A stretch of 64,000 bases of DNA from IMG/VR virus record IMGVR_UViG_3300032287_003803, one strand, 5' to 3'. The notes below the pieces were generated by a model that made no database searches, was not told the origin of the DNA, and was given only the letters and a program-made list of their open reading frames with translations. This DNA is from an uncultured virus (IMG/VR IMGVR_UViG_3300032287_003803). Lineage: Duplodnaviria; Heunggongvirae; Uroviricota; Caudoviricetes. The position numbers were made by a program, and so were the translations under genes. Shown here one piece after another: positions 1 through 9,550 of this stretch; the stretch's first letter is position 1, and each line of letters starts with the position of its first letter.

Positions 1-608
1 GATTTGTTCAATAAGGGATAAGTCGTCTGCCATTTTGTGATTTCCTCCGAGTCGAAACATTGTTCGAAAATAGCCCAGCTATATTCAGAAAGCGAAAATG
101 GATTGTTTTTATCTTCATTTCCCTCTACTGTTTGCCAAACAAAAGAGACGTTTGCTTTGGATTGTAGAATAGGATCATTTTCAATCTCTTCTGCATTTGC
201 TGGCTTGATGCGGTTATTTTCTTTATCAAGTCTTGAAATATGAATAAGAAAGCCGTTTTTTTGAATCCAATCTGCCTCATTTTTGTATCGAACATCAGAA
301 ATGATTGCAATCTCATCTTTTTTTAGATATGAAGAGAGAGAATCAATCCAACAATCTTCATTGAGCGCTCTTCGAATATGAGTTCCATAAGCAACAAGAA
401 ATGGGCGAATTATTTTCTTTTCGTCGTCGTTTTGAGTAAATGAATTCAATCCAGTTTTCTTTTTAAGAAATGGGCGAACTTCTCTTTTAAGCTCGTCTGC
501 AAAAGCATATCTTTTAGCCTTGATTCCAATTTTTTTAAAAATCTTTACAAAGTTATTGGCAAGAGTATCCTTGCCGCTTCTTGCTACACCTGAAATTCCA
601 ATAATCAT
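1..608 (-). CDS. deoxynucleoside monophosphate kinase (partial, runs off window start)
   Basis: Not in the ORF track. Manual translation from ATG 608 gives MIIGISGVARSGKDTLA...RYAFADELKREV (P-loop plus the FAD-LK motif of phage dNMP kinases), and the frame is open at the window edge. Confidence 0.8.
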   Translation of the reverse strand, partial: MIIGISGVARSGKDTLANNFVKIFKKIGIKAKRYAFADELKREVRPFLKKKTGLNSFTQNDDEKKIIRPFLVAYGTHIRRALNEDCWIDSLSSYLKKDEIAIISDVRYKNEADWIQKNGFLIHISRLDKENNRIKPANAEEIENDPILQSKANVSFVWQTVEGNEDKNNPFSLSEYSWAIFEQCFDSEEITKWQTTYPLLNK

Positions 609-617
609 AATTTTATT

Positions 618-1157
618 TTAAATCCCAGTTGACCCAAAACCGCCTTCATTACGTTCGCTTTGTTCTAGTTCAGAAACAAAAGTAATGGATGGATGGAAAT
701 GTTTTTGAAACACTAGTTGGCAAATTTTATCTCCACTCTTATAGAGTTTGTTTGGATTGACAACGCAAACAATACTGTTACCATCAATGATCATCAAATC
801 TTCTGGCTGCACAATGTATTTAAATCGAACTTTGATTGTCGATCTAAAGCCAGAATCAATAACCGCAACAGAGTTTGCCAAAAGCAAGTTGTATCTGCTC
901 ACGCTTGATCTTGGAAAGACAAGAGTGTAAATATCATCATTGGGCGAATTTACTGGTTGAAAACCATCAATTTTGATGTTTAAATCATATTCGATATAGT
1001 CAATGCTTTTGTAAGCATTTAGGTTTTCATCACGAAGAGAGCCAACAATTCTTGGTTCAGAAGCTGCAACCACATCATACCCAACATCGCCATCATAAGC
1101 GGGTTGAGACATGTTCGAATCGTTATCAACGACGTAAATCAAATCAGGGAAGTTCAT
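618..1157 (-). CDS. dut: dUTPase (trimeric type)
   Basis: Motifs GYDV, PRSS, VIDSGFR, GDKICQL and C-terminal RNEGGFGSTG. Confidence 0.92.
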   Translation of the reverse strand: MNFPDLIYVVDNDSNMSQPAYDGDVGYDVVAASEPRIVGSLRDENLNAYKSIDYIEYDLNIKIDGFQPVNSPNDDIYTLVFPRSSVSRYNLLLANSVAVIDSGFRSTIKVRFKYIVQPEDLMIIDGNSIVCVVNPNKLYKSGDKICQLVFQKHFHPSITFVSELEQSERNEGGFGSTGI

Positions 1158-1431
1158 TTTCTAAATTTTTAGCGAGTTCATAGTGACCGTTATTAGCCAA
1201 TATGGTTGTCGTATGAACATACGAAATTTTTTCTAAATCTTCTTGAAATTCTTGACAAGACATCAAAAAACCAAGGTTAATGTCTTCAAGACCTGCTTCT
1301 TTGAAGCACAGCATTACTTGCTCTAATGCTTTTGAGCAAGCGTCTGTAACGTCTTCGGCGTTAACTACACATTCCCAATCGCCGCTTTGAACAAGGAATA
1401 TTTTTTGTTTGAAGTTTTTTAAGATAACCAT
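1144..1431 (-). CDS. hypothetical protein
   Basis: ORF overlapping the dut start. ATG 1431 is preferred because ATG 1440 lies inside the -10 box. Confidence 0.6.
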   Translation of the reverse strand: MVILKNFKQKIFLVQSGDWECVVNAEDVTDACSKALEQVMLCFKEAGLEDINLGFLMSCQEFQEDLEKISYVHTTTILANNGHYELAKNLENELP

Positions 1432-1438
1432 AGAACTC

Positions 1439-1467
1439 ATTCTATTCCAGAAACATCATTCTGTCAA
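1439..1467 (-). promoter_or_regulatory. sigma70-type promoter (TTGACA-17-TAGAAT), probably leaderless
   Basis: Minus strand reads TTGACA gaatgatgtttctggaa TAGAAT, with ATG 7 nt downstream. Confidence 0.75.
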
Positions 1468-1639
1468 GAAGGATTTTCTATTTATACGGAAGATAATTAA
1501 AGTTAACTTTAGTATAAATCATGTTTTAAGTACTTCTAACGTCATAGAAGAAAGAGAACGCTAGGGATACGAAGGGATGGGGGATAATTCTTGCAAAAAA
1601 TCTGAAAAAAGTTTCAAAACACATTTCCTGATTCATTCA

Positions 1640-1666
1640 TTGACAAGAGCGTATGCTTGTGTAATA
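1640..1666 (+). promoter_or_regulatory. promoter of RNR operon (TTGACA plus GTGTAA motif)
   Basis: TTGACA at 1640-1645 and GTGTAA(TAT) at 1659-1664, 8 nt before ATG 1673. Confidence 0.6.
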
Positions 1667-1672
1667 TATCGT

Positions 1673-2647
1673 ATGACTATTTTCGATGAGCAAATTTCGC
1701 GCAAGCCAGATCGGTACCCTTGGGTCCAAGATTTTATTTCAGCCATGCATGAGGGTTTTTGGACCCATAAAGAATTCAGCTTCTCAAGCGATGTTCAAGA
1801 TTTTAAAGTTAATCTTGATCAACAAGAAAAAGAAATCATTATCCGCACGCTATCTGCCATTGGCCAGATTGAAGTTGCTGTGAAAAAGTTTTGGGCAAAG
1901 CTTGGCGATAATCTGCCACATCCGACGCTAACTGACTTAGGATACGTTATGGCAGGTGTTGAGGTCATCCACAACAACGCATACCAGAGGCTTTTAGAAG
2001 TGCTTGGAATGGAAGATATTTTTGAACAAAACTTGAAGCTCGATGTTGTTTCTGGTCGCGTTAACTATCTTCGCAAATACACTCATCGTTTTTACAAAGA
2101 CTCAAAGAAGCAATATGTTTATGCTTTGATTCTTTTCACACTTTTCATTGAGAATGTTTCTTTGTTTTCTCAGTTTTATATCATTCTTTGGTTCGGAAGA
2201 TACCGCAACGTTCTGAAAGATACCACTCAGCAAGTTACCTATACAAAGAACGAAGAGCTTCTTCACGCAAGAGTTGGTATGAAACTTGTGAATGTTATTC
2301 GTCAAGAATGCCCTGAACTTTTTGACGAGGAACTAGAACAAAGAATCTTGCACGAAGCAGCAGAAGCTTTCAAGGAAGAATCAAAGATTATTGACTGGAT
2401 CATTGGCGACTTTAGCGCACAAAGAATCAATGGCGCAATCCTCAAGGAATACGTTAAGGGAAGAATTAACGATTCTTTGAAAGAGATCGGCTTCAAATCC
2501 TTATTTACTATTGACAAAACTATTGCTAGAGACTACGAATGGATGGATGAGGAAGTCTTGGCAAACAATGCCGTAGATTTCTTCTACCAACGTCCCGTTG
2601 ACTATGCAAAGAAAAACAAAACCTTTGAACTCGAAGACCTCGTTTGA
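1673..2647 (+). CDS. nrdB: ribonucleotide reductase class I beta subunit
   Basis: Ferritin-like ligands QIE, EVIHNNAY (radical Tyr), IENVSLFSQF and EELLH, plus the C-terminal DFF..RP.DY tail. Start set at MTIFDEQ. Confidence 0.93.
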   Translation: MTIFDEQISRKPDRYPWVQDFISAMHEGFWTHKEFSFSSDVQDFKVNLDQQEKEIIIRTLSAIGQIEVAVKKFWAKLGDNLPHPTLTDLGYVMAGVEVIHNNAYQRLLEVLGMEDIFEQNLKLDVVSGRVNYLRKYTHRFYKDSKKQYVYALILFTLFIENVSLFSQFYIILWFGRYRNVLKDTTQQVTYTKNEELLHARVGMKLVNVIRQECPELFDEELEQRILHEAAEAFKEESKIIDWIIGDFSAQRINGAILKEYVKGRINDSLKEIGFKSLFTIDKTIARDYEWMDEEVLANNAVDFFYQRPVDYAKKNKTFELEDLV

Positions 2648-2648
2648 A

Positions 2649-4295
2649 ATGACAAAATACTACTGGCTAAATCAAAAATCCCGTGAATTCCTATCTCGCG
2701 GCTATGTTGGCGAAAATCAAACAACAGAAGAAAGAGTAAGGCAGATCGCTGAAACTGCTGAAAAATATTTAAATATCAAAGGCTATGCAGATAAGTTTGA
2801 GGATTATATGTCTCGCGGTTGGTTCAGTCTTTCTTCTCCAGTATGGGCGAACTATGGACTCGAAAGAGGTTTGCCTTGTTCTTGCAACGGTTCGTTCATT
2901 GATGACACAATGGAAAGCATCTTGTATAAGAATGCTGAAATTGGAATGATGACTAAAAATGCTGCTGGAACATCCGCATACTTTGGAAAGCTACGCCCAA
3001 GAGGTGCAGCAATTAGTTCTGGTGGGGCTTCTAGCGGAAGCGTTCATTTTATGGAACTGTTCGACAAGGTTGCCAATATTGTTTCTCAATCTAATGTTCG
3101 TCGCGGTTCAATGGCAGCTTATTTAGACGTTGACCATCCTGATCTAGAAGAGTTTCTTCGCATCCGCACAGAAGGCAATCCGATTCAAGAGCTTAGTATT
3201 GGAGTCTGTATCTCAAATGAATGGATGAGAGGACTTCTCAACAGGGAAAACGACAAGCTAAAAATCTGGGGACAGATTATTAAAAAGCGATTTGAAAGTG
3301 GCTATCCATATATTCATTTCACTGGCAACGCTAATGAGCAAGCTCCAGCAGTTTACAAAGATAAGGGCGCAAAGATTCATGCCAGTAATCTGTGTAATGA
3401 AATCCAACTCTCATCTGACAAAGATACTTCTTTTGTTTGTGTGCTTTCAAGCATTAACTTGCTTCATTATCATGAATGGAAGGACACTGACGCTGTTGAA
3501 GTTTTGACTTATTTCCTTGATACTGTTACCGAAGAATATATTCACAAGACTGAAAATATGCCATTTATGGCTGCTGCAAACAAGTTCGCCAAAGAACAGA
3601 GAGCAGTTGGTCTTGGAGTTCTAGGATGGCATTCTCTTTTGCAAGCTAGTCATATTGCTTGGGAGAGCATGGAGGCCAAACTCTTGAATGCAAGCGTATT
3701 CAAGCTAATCGCTGAAAGAAGCTTGAAGGCAAGCAAAGAAATGGCTGAAAAATATGGTGAGCCAGAAATGCTGAAAGGCTATGGCGAAAGAATGGTTACT
3801 CGTTTAGCTATTGCTCCAACTGTTTCTTCTTCATTTATTCTTGGTCAAGTTTCTCAAGGCGTTGAGCCTCAAAACTCCAACTACTATGTGAAGAAGCTCG
3901 CAAAAGGTTCCTTCACTTATAAAAATCCATATCTTAAAGAACTCTTGGATGAAAAAGGTAAAGATGACCAAGAAGTTTGGAAGAGCGTTCTTGAAAATGG
4001 CGGCTCTGTTCAGCACCTTGATTTCTTGAGCGAACACGAAAAAGATGTGTTCAAGACTTTCGGAGAAATTTCACAAAAAGAAATTGTTATTCAAGCAGTG
4101 CAGCGTCAAAAGTTTATTGATCAAGGACAAAGCTTGAACCTCATGATTCCTCCGTCCACTTCTATTGGAGAAGTAAGCAAACTAATGATTTTTGGATGGG
4201 AACAAGGGATTAAAGGATTTTATTATCAAAAGTCCAGCAACCCAAGCCAGTTGTTAGCTCGCTCACTTAATGAGTGTAAGTCTTGCGAAGCTTAA
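2649..4295 (+). CDS. nrdA: ribonucleotide reductase class I alpha subunit (no ATP cone)
   Basis: SNLCNEI, VCVLSSINL, AIAPTVSS, DQGQSLN, GIKGFYY and C-terminal CKSCE. Confidence 0.95.
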   Translation: MTKYYWLNQKSREFLSRGYVGENQTTEERVRQIAETAEKYLNIKGYADKFEDYMSRGWFSLSSPVWANYGLERGLPCSCNGSFIDDTMESILYKNAEIGMMTKNAAGTSAYFGKLRPRGAAISSGGASSGSVHFMELFDKVANIVSQSNVRRGSMAAYLDVDHPDLEEFLRIRTEGNPIQELSIGVCISNEWMRGLLNRENDKLKIWGQIIKKRFESGYPYIHFTGNANEQAPAVYKDKGAKIHASNLCNEIQLSSDKDTSFVCVLSSINLLHYHEWKDTDAVEVLTYFLDTVTEEYIHKTENMPFMAAANKFAKEQRAVGLGVLGWHSLLQASHIAWESMEAKLLNASVFKLIAERSLKASKEMAEKYGEPEMLKGYGERMVTRLAIAPTVSSSFILGQVSQGVEPQNSNYYVKKLAKGSFTYKNPYLKELLDEKGKDDQEVWKSVLENGGSVQHLDFLSEHEKDVFKTFGEISQKEIVIQAVQRQKFIDQGQSLNLMIPPSTSIGEVSKLMIFGWEQGIKGFYYQKSSNPSQLLARSLNECKSCEA

Positions 4296-4323
4296 CTAAT
4301 TGTTGATAAAAATAATTTTTTAA

Positions 4324-4329
4324 GTGTAA
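4324..4329 (+). promoter_or_regulatory. GTGTAA putative phage promoter element
   Basis: 9 nt before ATG 4339; recurrent motif. Confidence 0.6.
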
Positions 4330-4338
4330 AAAGTAAAC

Positions 4339-5382
4339 ATGGAAGTAGATTTTTCTCAACAAATTTTAGAGGCGAAAAACCGCGCTGGACCTAAAAGTTC
4401 TGCACAAACTCCTGCAAAGGAGGATGAGCGCAAAAAAGGTTCAAAAATTAACGAGCCAGGTTCTGCTGGCACATCTCCTGATGCCAAAGAAAAAGCAGAG
4501 AAAAATCTTGAAAAAGACGACAAGAAAGAAGTTGTAAAAGCTGAAATTACTTTCAACGATAGGATTACTGAATCCTTGAAGAAGAAAGCAGAAGAGCACA
4601 ACTCCAAACATAGTCGTAAAGTTTCTGTTTCACAATTGAAGAAAGTTTATCGTCGTGGATTGGGAGCTTTTAGCTCAACTCATCGCCCAGGCAAGAGTCG
4701 CCAACAGTGGGCAATGGCTCGCGTCAATACTTTCTTAAAGATGATGCGCGGTGAAAAAGTCAAAGACGCATACAGGGCTGCTGATGGCGATATTGCCAAA
4801 GGCTCCGAGGCTTTTGACCATAATCATGACTTTTATGATTTCGAAGACCTTGAGCTTCAACTAGCTCATATTAATCTCATTGAGGCAGGCATTTTATTTG
4901 AAGAGATGAATATCTTCAATGAAGACATTGACTACACAGAGGCTGAGCAGAAAACATTAAATAAACCATTCAGACTTCCTTCTGGCTCTAATAAGAAATT
5001 TGGCGTTTACGTTAAAAACGATAAGGGCAATACTGTCATGGTAAAGTTTGGCGATCCAAACATGGAAATCAAGCGTGATGATCCAGAGCGTAGAAAAAAC
5101 TTTCGCGCTCGTCATCAATGCGACTCTAATAGAGGTCCGAAATGGAAAGCTAGATACTGGTCTTGTTATATGTGGAGTAAGAAACCAGTTTCCAAGCTAA
5201 CAGCAGCAGAATTGGAAGCGATGGACCCTATTGAAGCTTTTTACATTAAACAGGAAGAAAGACGCGCTTTTCTGGACGAAGGTGGTTTTGATGAAGAGTC
5301 TATCCCTTGCCAAGAAGACATTTTAGCTCTTAATCCTCTCTTAGATAATGTTTATTTTATCGAAGAAGAAGCTGGAATTTAA
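4339..5382 (+). CDS. two-domain basic/acidic phage protein of unknown function
   Basis: 347-aa ORF with VYRRGLGAFSSTHRPG..QWAMARVN and KFGDPNMEIKRDDPERRKNFRARHQC..ARYWSC modules. Confidence 0.7.
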   Translation: MEVDFSQQILEAKNRAGPKSSAQTPAKEDERKKGSKINEPGSAGTSPDAKEKAEKNLEKDDKKEVVKAEITFNDRITESLKKKAEEHNSKHSRKVSVSQLKKVYRRGLGAFSSTHRPGKSRQQWAMARVNTFLKMMRGEKVKDAYRAADGDIAKGSEAFDHNHDFYDFEDLELQLAHINLIEAGILFEEMNIFNEDIDYTEAEQKTLNKPFRLPSGSNKKFGVYVKNDKGNTVMVKFGDPNMEIKRDDPERRKNFRARHQCDSNRGPKWKARYWSCYMWSKKPVSKLTAAELEAMDPIEAFYIKQEERRAFLDEGGFDEESIPCQEDILALNPLLDNVYFIEEEAGI

Positions 5383-5434
5383 GTAGAAAACTCTTTACTG
5401 TTTCGTACTATTTTAGTAATCGAACAGACAAAAG

Positions 5435-6205
5435 ATGTTTAGTATTTATCATTCAGCATTCAATCTCATTAAGCACGGTTTTATAGGCTGGGAAAACAGC
5501 GTACAAAACTCTTGCAAATTCGCAGACGAAGTAATTATTGCAGTCAACACTTCTTCTGATGGAACAAAAGAAGCTATCGAAGAATCTCTTAAAAATTTCT
5601 CTAATTGGAAAATTATAGAAACAGATTTTTCCTACCAAGACCCTTGGTTAGATGGCAAGATTAAAAACGCTGCACTTCAAACCTGCACGCAGGATTTCAA
5701 GATTCAACTCGACTTGGACGAATACATTCCACTATGGCAAAAACCATTATGGCAAAACTTGGCAATGCAAATTGCTCTTAGCCCAGTTCAGTGCGCAGCA
5801 GTTGCATCAGTGAATCTTTATAAAGATTGGGAACATTTTTCCTCAATCAATAATAAGCAATACTTCCATAAGGGACAAGCTTATCGCGCTCCAAGCATTG
5901 CCGCTAGAAAACCAGACGGCACAATCAACACCAAAATGAGCGATGGTTGTGACTTGGTTAACGCTGACGGTCAATTTATTTCTACCATTGGAACCACAAC
6001 GAATTTAGAACCTCTAGAGCTTGGAGTTTCTCCGTTTGTTGTTCATTTTGGATATGTAGATTTAAGCTCTCGGTTAAAAAGAAACCATGAATTCTGGCAT
6101 GAACATTGGTATGTAGAAGGTGGTGGACAAGACCCCGCTCACGTTATTCACATGAAACATGAGGACTTTGAATATGCTTATATTGAACATAAATTAAAAC
6201 TATGA
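5435..6205 (+). CDS. glycosyltransferase, GT-A/GT2-like
   Basis: ADEVIIAV..SSDGT, KNAAL, the DxD motif QLDLDE, and VHFGY. Confidence 0.75.
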   Translation: MFSIYHSAFNLIKHGFIGWENSVQNSCKFADEVIIAVNTSSDGTKEAIEESLKNFSNWKIIETDFSYQDPWLDGKIKNAALQTCTQDFKIQLDLDEYIPLWQKPLWQNLAMQIALSPVQCAAVASVNLYKDWEHFSSINNKQYFHKGQAYRAPSIAARKPDGTINTKMSDGCDLVNADGQFISTIGTTTNLEPLELGVSPFVVHFGYVDLSSRLKRNHEFWHEHWYVEGGGQDPAHVIHMKHEDFEYAYIEHKLKL

Positions 6206-6807
6206 TCAAAGATAAGACCATCACTTTGTTGAGTTTATCAACAGATAAACCAGAAAGTTCTTTAAAAGTGTTAAAACATTGTAAGACTATATTTCCATTT
6301 TTTGACGAAATAAAGCTTTTATCAGGTTTTAATGACGAGAAAGAAGATATAATTATTAAAAAAGTACCAGTTAATTCATATACAGATTATAACCGCTTTA
6401 TGGTTGAATCTTTAAATGATTATGTGGATACAGATTATTGCTTAATTATTCAAGATGATGGATATATTATTAATTCACATTTATGGAATGATAGTTTTTT
6501 AGAATATGATTATATTGGAGCGCCTTGGCCTTGGCATCAGGTTTGCGGAAACGGAGGATTCTCATTAAGAAGTAAAGAATTTTTAAAATTATCTTCTAAA
6601 CTTTTTTATCAAGAAGAGCATCATGAATATTCTTGCGCTCCCGAAGATTGGTTTTTGTGCGTAAAAAATAGAACATATTTTTTAATTAATCAGATGAAAT
6701 TTGCCCCATTAGATTTAGCTCAATCATTTTCTTTTGAAACTCCAATAGGATTAGCAAACGAAGGTAAGCATTCTTCATTTGGATTTCATGGAAAACATAA
6801 TTTATGA
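6202..6807 (+). CDS. DUF5672-like putative glycosyltransferase
   Basis: IIQDDG, YDYIGAPW, GNGGFSLRS, PED and FGFH motifs. Confidence 0.75.
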   Translation: MIKDKTITLLSLSTDKPESSLKVLKHCKTIFPFFDEIKLLSGFNDEKEDIIIKKVPVNSYTDYNRFMVESLNDYVDTDYCLIIQDDGYIINSHLWNDSFLEYDYIGAPWPWHQVCGNGGFSLRSKEFLKLSSKLFYQEEHHEYSCAPEDWFLCVKNRTYFLINQMKFAPLDLAQSFSFETPIGLANEGKHSSFGFHGKHNL

Positions 6808-7661
6808 AAGTATTAATTTTTAATCAACATCCAGACTGCTCGCTTTATATGTATAAAGCATTTCAAAAACTTGGAGCAGAAATTGAATTTGCGACAGAAG
6901 AACTAACTTTAAAATTAGGTTTCCCACATTCTAGCACTAAACATAATAAATTTGAAGTAGTAAACAAACTTTTTGAACCACAAGAATTTTCAAAAGAATT
7001 TGATAATGTGAAATTTGTTAATCATGCTAATCATGATTTATATTTATCAATTTTACCAGAAGTGTTCTCCATTTTTGGAAATAATGCTTATTTCGATGCT
7101 CAAATGCAATTATTTATTCGGCAATTGGGTCAAATACCTTGCAAAAAAAGCTGTAATCATCCAGATGCGGAAAATTTTAATTTTAAATACTGCGCAAATT
7201 GGATACCAAATCAACCGAATTTACAAAACCCAAAATATATTACTCAGTTAATTACTCAAGCTCACATGATGGAGGAAACTCCAGAATTGCTTTATTTAAA
7301 AAATAATAATTTTCCAGTAATTATTGCAGGAGGAGATAGTCTTCCAGATGGATTTATTAGAGATATAGATATACTACCACAAACAACTTTGCTTGTTCAT
7401 AACAAACAATTTGGAATTAATTGTTATGCAGTTTGTAAAGCATTAGATATGGGCATACCAGTTTATATGTCTAAATTTACAAAACAACTAATCGGATTTG
7501 GAGATTTACCAGATAATGTCTTTTTATTTAAAGATGAAATGTCTATACAGGAAGCTTATGAAAAATCTTTAAATTCAAATCGTCAATATATTAAAGATAC
7601 CTTTAGATCAATCTATACCTTAGACAGAACAGTTCAAACATTAACGAATGTATTACAATGA
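6804..7661 (+). CDS. putative GT-B glycosyltransferase-like protein
   Basis: MKVLIFNQH N-terminus, YAVCKALDMGIPVY resembling the GT-B (E)A...G.P motif, and cluster context. Confidence 0.45.
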   Translation: MKVLIFNQHPDCSLYMYKAFQKLGAEIEFATEELTLKLGFPHSSTKHNKFEVVNKLFEPQEFSKEFDNVKFVNHANHDLYLSILPEVFSIFGNNAYFDAQMQLFIRQLGQIPCKKSCNHPDAENFNFKYCANWIPNQPNLQNPKYITQLITQAHMMEETPELLYLKNNNFPVIIAGGDSLPDGFIRDIDILPQTTLLVHNKQFGINCYAVCKALDMGIPVYMSKFTKQLIGFGDLPDNVFLFKDEMSIQEAYEKSLNSNRQYIKDTFRSIYTLDRTVQTLTNVLQ

Positions 7662-8446
7662 AAATTTACGATGGATTTCAATTCTTTAATGAACTAGAAT
7701 TATTAGATATTAGATTTAATGAATTGTATGATGCTGTTGATAAATTTATTATTGTAGAATCAACAAAAACTCATCAAAATAAACCAAAGCCACTTTACTT
7801 TTGGGAAAATAAAGATAAATTTTCTCCATTCTTGGATAAAGTTATTCATCATATTTTTGATCCAAAAGAATATCCTTATACTTGGTATATTGAAAACGAA
7901 CAGAGAAATCAATTGAAATATGCTGATTTTTCAATGCAAAAAGAAGATATATTTCTTTTATCAGATGCGGATGAATTCTTGAAAAAAGAAAGTATCTCTT
8001 ATATTAGAGAAAATGCTAAAATTTTTCAAAACTCTCCCCATACAGCCGTAATGCAAATGTCGTATAATTATATTAATACGGTTGTAGTTGAACCCCAAGA
8101 TGTAGCTGGATGGAGAGGCACAGTAATACTTCCTTATGATTATTACAATCAATACAACCTTCAATTTTTTAGGGATAAAAAAGATTTTTTACCAAGGTTT
8201 GAAAATGTTGGATGGCATCTTTCATTTATTGGTGGGCCAGAAAGAATTAAAAGTAAAATTGAATCCTATGCTCATTCAGAGTATAATCTAGAACAGCTAA
8301 AAGAAATTAAAAATATCGAAAACAGGATTAATGCATTACAAGACCCTCTTTCAAGAAATTCAATTAAAATTGAACTTGAAAACGATTTGTTAAAATTCCC
8401 TCAATCATCTTTAAAATTCAAAGAACTTTTTTATGCCAACTCTTAA
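7658..8446 (+). CDS. GT17-family (beta-1,4-GlcNAc transferase-like) glycosyltransferase
   Basis: IYDGFQFFNELELLDIRFNEL..VDKFIIVES, EQRN, LSDADE, GWHLSF and KIESYAH. Confidence 0.85.
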   Translation: MKIYDGFQFFNELELLDIRFNELYDAVDKFIIVESTKTHQNKPKPLYFWENKDKFSPFLDKVIHHIFDPKEYPYTWYIENEQRNQLKYADFSMQKEDIFLLSDADEFLKKESISYIRENAKIFQNSPHTAVMQMSYNYINTVVVEPQDVAGWRGTVILPYDYYNQYNLQFFRDKKDFLPRFENVGWHLSFIGGPERIKSKIESYAHSEYNLEQLKEIKNIENRINALQDPLSRNSIKIELENDLLKFPQSSLKFKELFYANS

Positions 8447-8972
8447 AGAAATCTATTCAAAATACTCTACTCCAGAAGGAAAAGGCGATAAAGGAACAAT
8501 CCATTCTTATATGGATTTGTATCAAGAACATATTGTTAAAAAAGATAAAGTTAGTTTATTTGAAATCGGAATTTGCGAAGGCCATTCATTAGCAATGTGG
8601 AAAGAATTTCTTGAAGATGGGGAAGTTTGGGGAATTGATATTGACACTTCTGTAATTAAATTCAATCTAAGTAACTGTACTCTTATTAAAGGAGATGCCA
8701 CTAATGAAGGTATTTTAGATTTTTTACAAGATGAGCGATTTAATTATATTATTGATGATGGCTCTCATTTAATTAGTCATCAGATTAAATCTTTTCAACT
8801 TCTATTTCAATTTGTAAAAGAAGGTGGCAAATATTTTATCGAAGATATAACTTCTGAAAATGCAAAAGTATTGAAACTATTTTTAGACTCTCAAAATGTA
8901 CAATATGAATGTCATGATTTTGTAGAAAAATCTGGCAGAAATGACGATATAATTTTTTTAATTTACAAATGA
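8433..8972 (+). CDS. class I SAM-dependent (sugar O-)methyltransferase
   Basis: DKGTIHSY, FEIGI..GHSL, GIDI, IIDDGSH and GGKYFIEDI. Confidence 0.8.
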   Translation: MPTLKEIYSKYSTPEGKGDKGTIHSYMDLYQEHIVKKDKVSLFEIGICEGHSLAMWKEFLEDGEVWGIDIDTSVIKFNLSNCTLIKGDATNEGILDFLQDERFNYIIDDGSHLISHQIKSFQLLFQFVKEGGKYFIEDITSENAKVLKLFLDSQNVQYECHDFVEKSGRNDDIIFLIYK

Positions 8973-9547
8973 ATGTAATTCAAATAGGAGCTAATAAGGG
9001 TTGTAATTCAGATTTTAATGGCCCAGATGATTTCTTTAATTTAATTAAAGATTATAATTTTTCTAATTTAATTTTAGTTGAACCTTTAGATATTCATATC
9101 TCGTCTCTAAAAGAAAGATATGTAAATATTAAAAATTTAAATATTGAGAATATAGCAATCACTAATAATTCTTCATGTAAAGAATTAGATTTCTTTTATC
9201 ATAAAGATGATGGACCTCTTTATTTAGTTGCATCTACTGACCCATTTCATATAACTAAACATGGATTTAGTATGGATGGAATTATCAAAAAAACAGTTCC
9301 ATGTCTATCAATTAATGAGCTATTTGAAAAATACTCTTTACAAGAGATTGATATTTTGTCTATAGATACCGAAGGTCTTGATGGAGATATTTTAAAATCT
9401 ATCAACTTTGAAAAATTTAAAATAAAAGAAATTTATTACGAATATACTCATCAAAAATTTGATATTGCAAGTTTTTTAAAAACAAAAGAATACAGTATAT
9501 TTGAGTCTTGGCGAGATACTAATAAAGCTGTTTTAAATTTTAATTAA
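8969..9547 (+). CDS. FkbM-family methyltransferase
   Basis: IQIGANKG, LVEP and IDILSIDTEG.D motifs. Confidence 0.82.
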   Translation: MNVIQIGANKGCNSDFNGPDDFFNLIKDYNFSNLILVEPLDIHISSLKERYVNIKNLNIENIAITNNSSCKELDFFYHKDDGPLYLVASTDPFHITKHGFSMDGIIKKTVPCLSINELFEKYSLQEIDILSIDTEGLDGDILKSINFEKFKIKEIYYEYTHQKFDIASFLKTKEYSIFESWRDTNKAVLNFN

Positions 9548-9550
9548 TAT

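Noticed and set aside
1..33. Possible next gene starting at ATG 33 on the minus strand (MADDLSLIEQI)
   Set aside because: Only 11 codons are visible, too little to call.
5398..5428. Imperfect hairpin before the glyco operon as a riboswitch or ncRNA
   Set aside because: Too short, with no recognisable family features and no U-tract.
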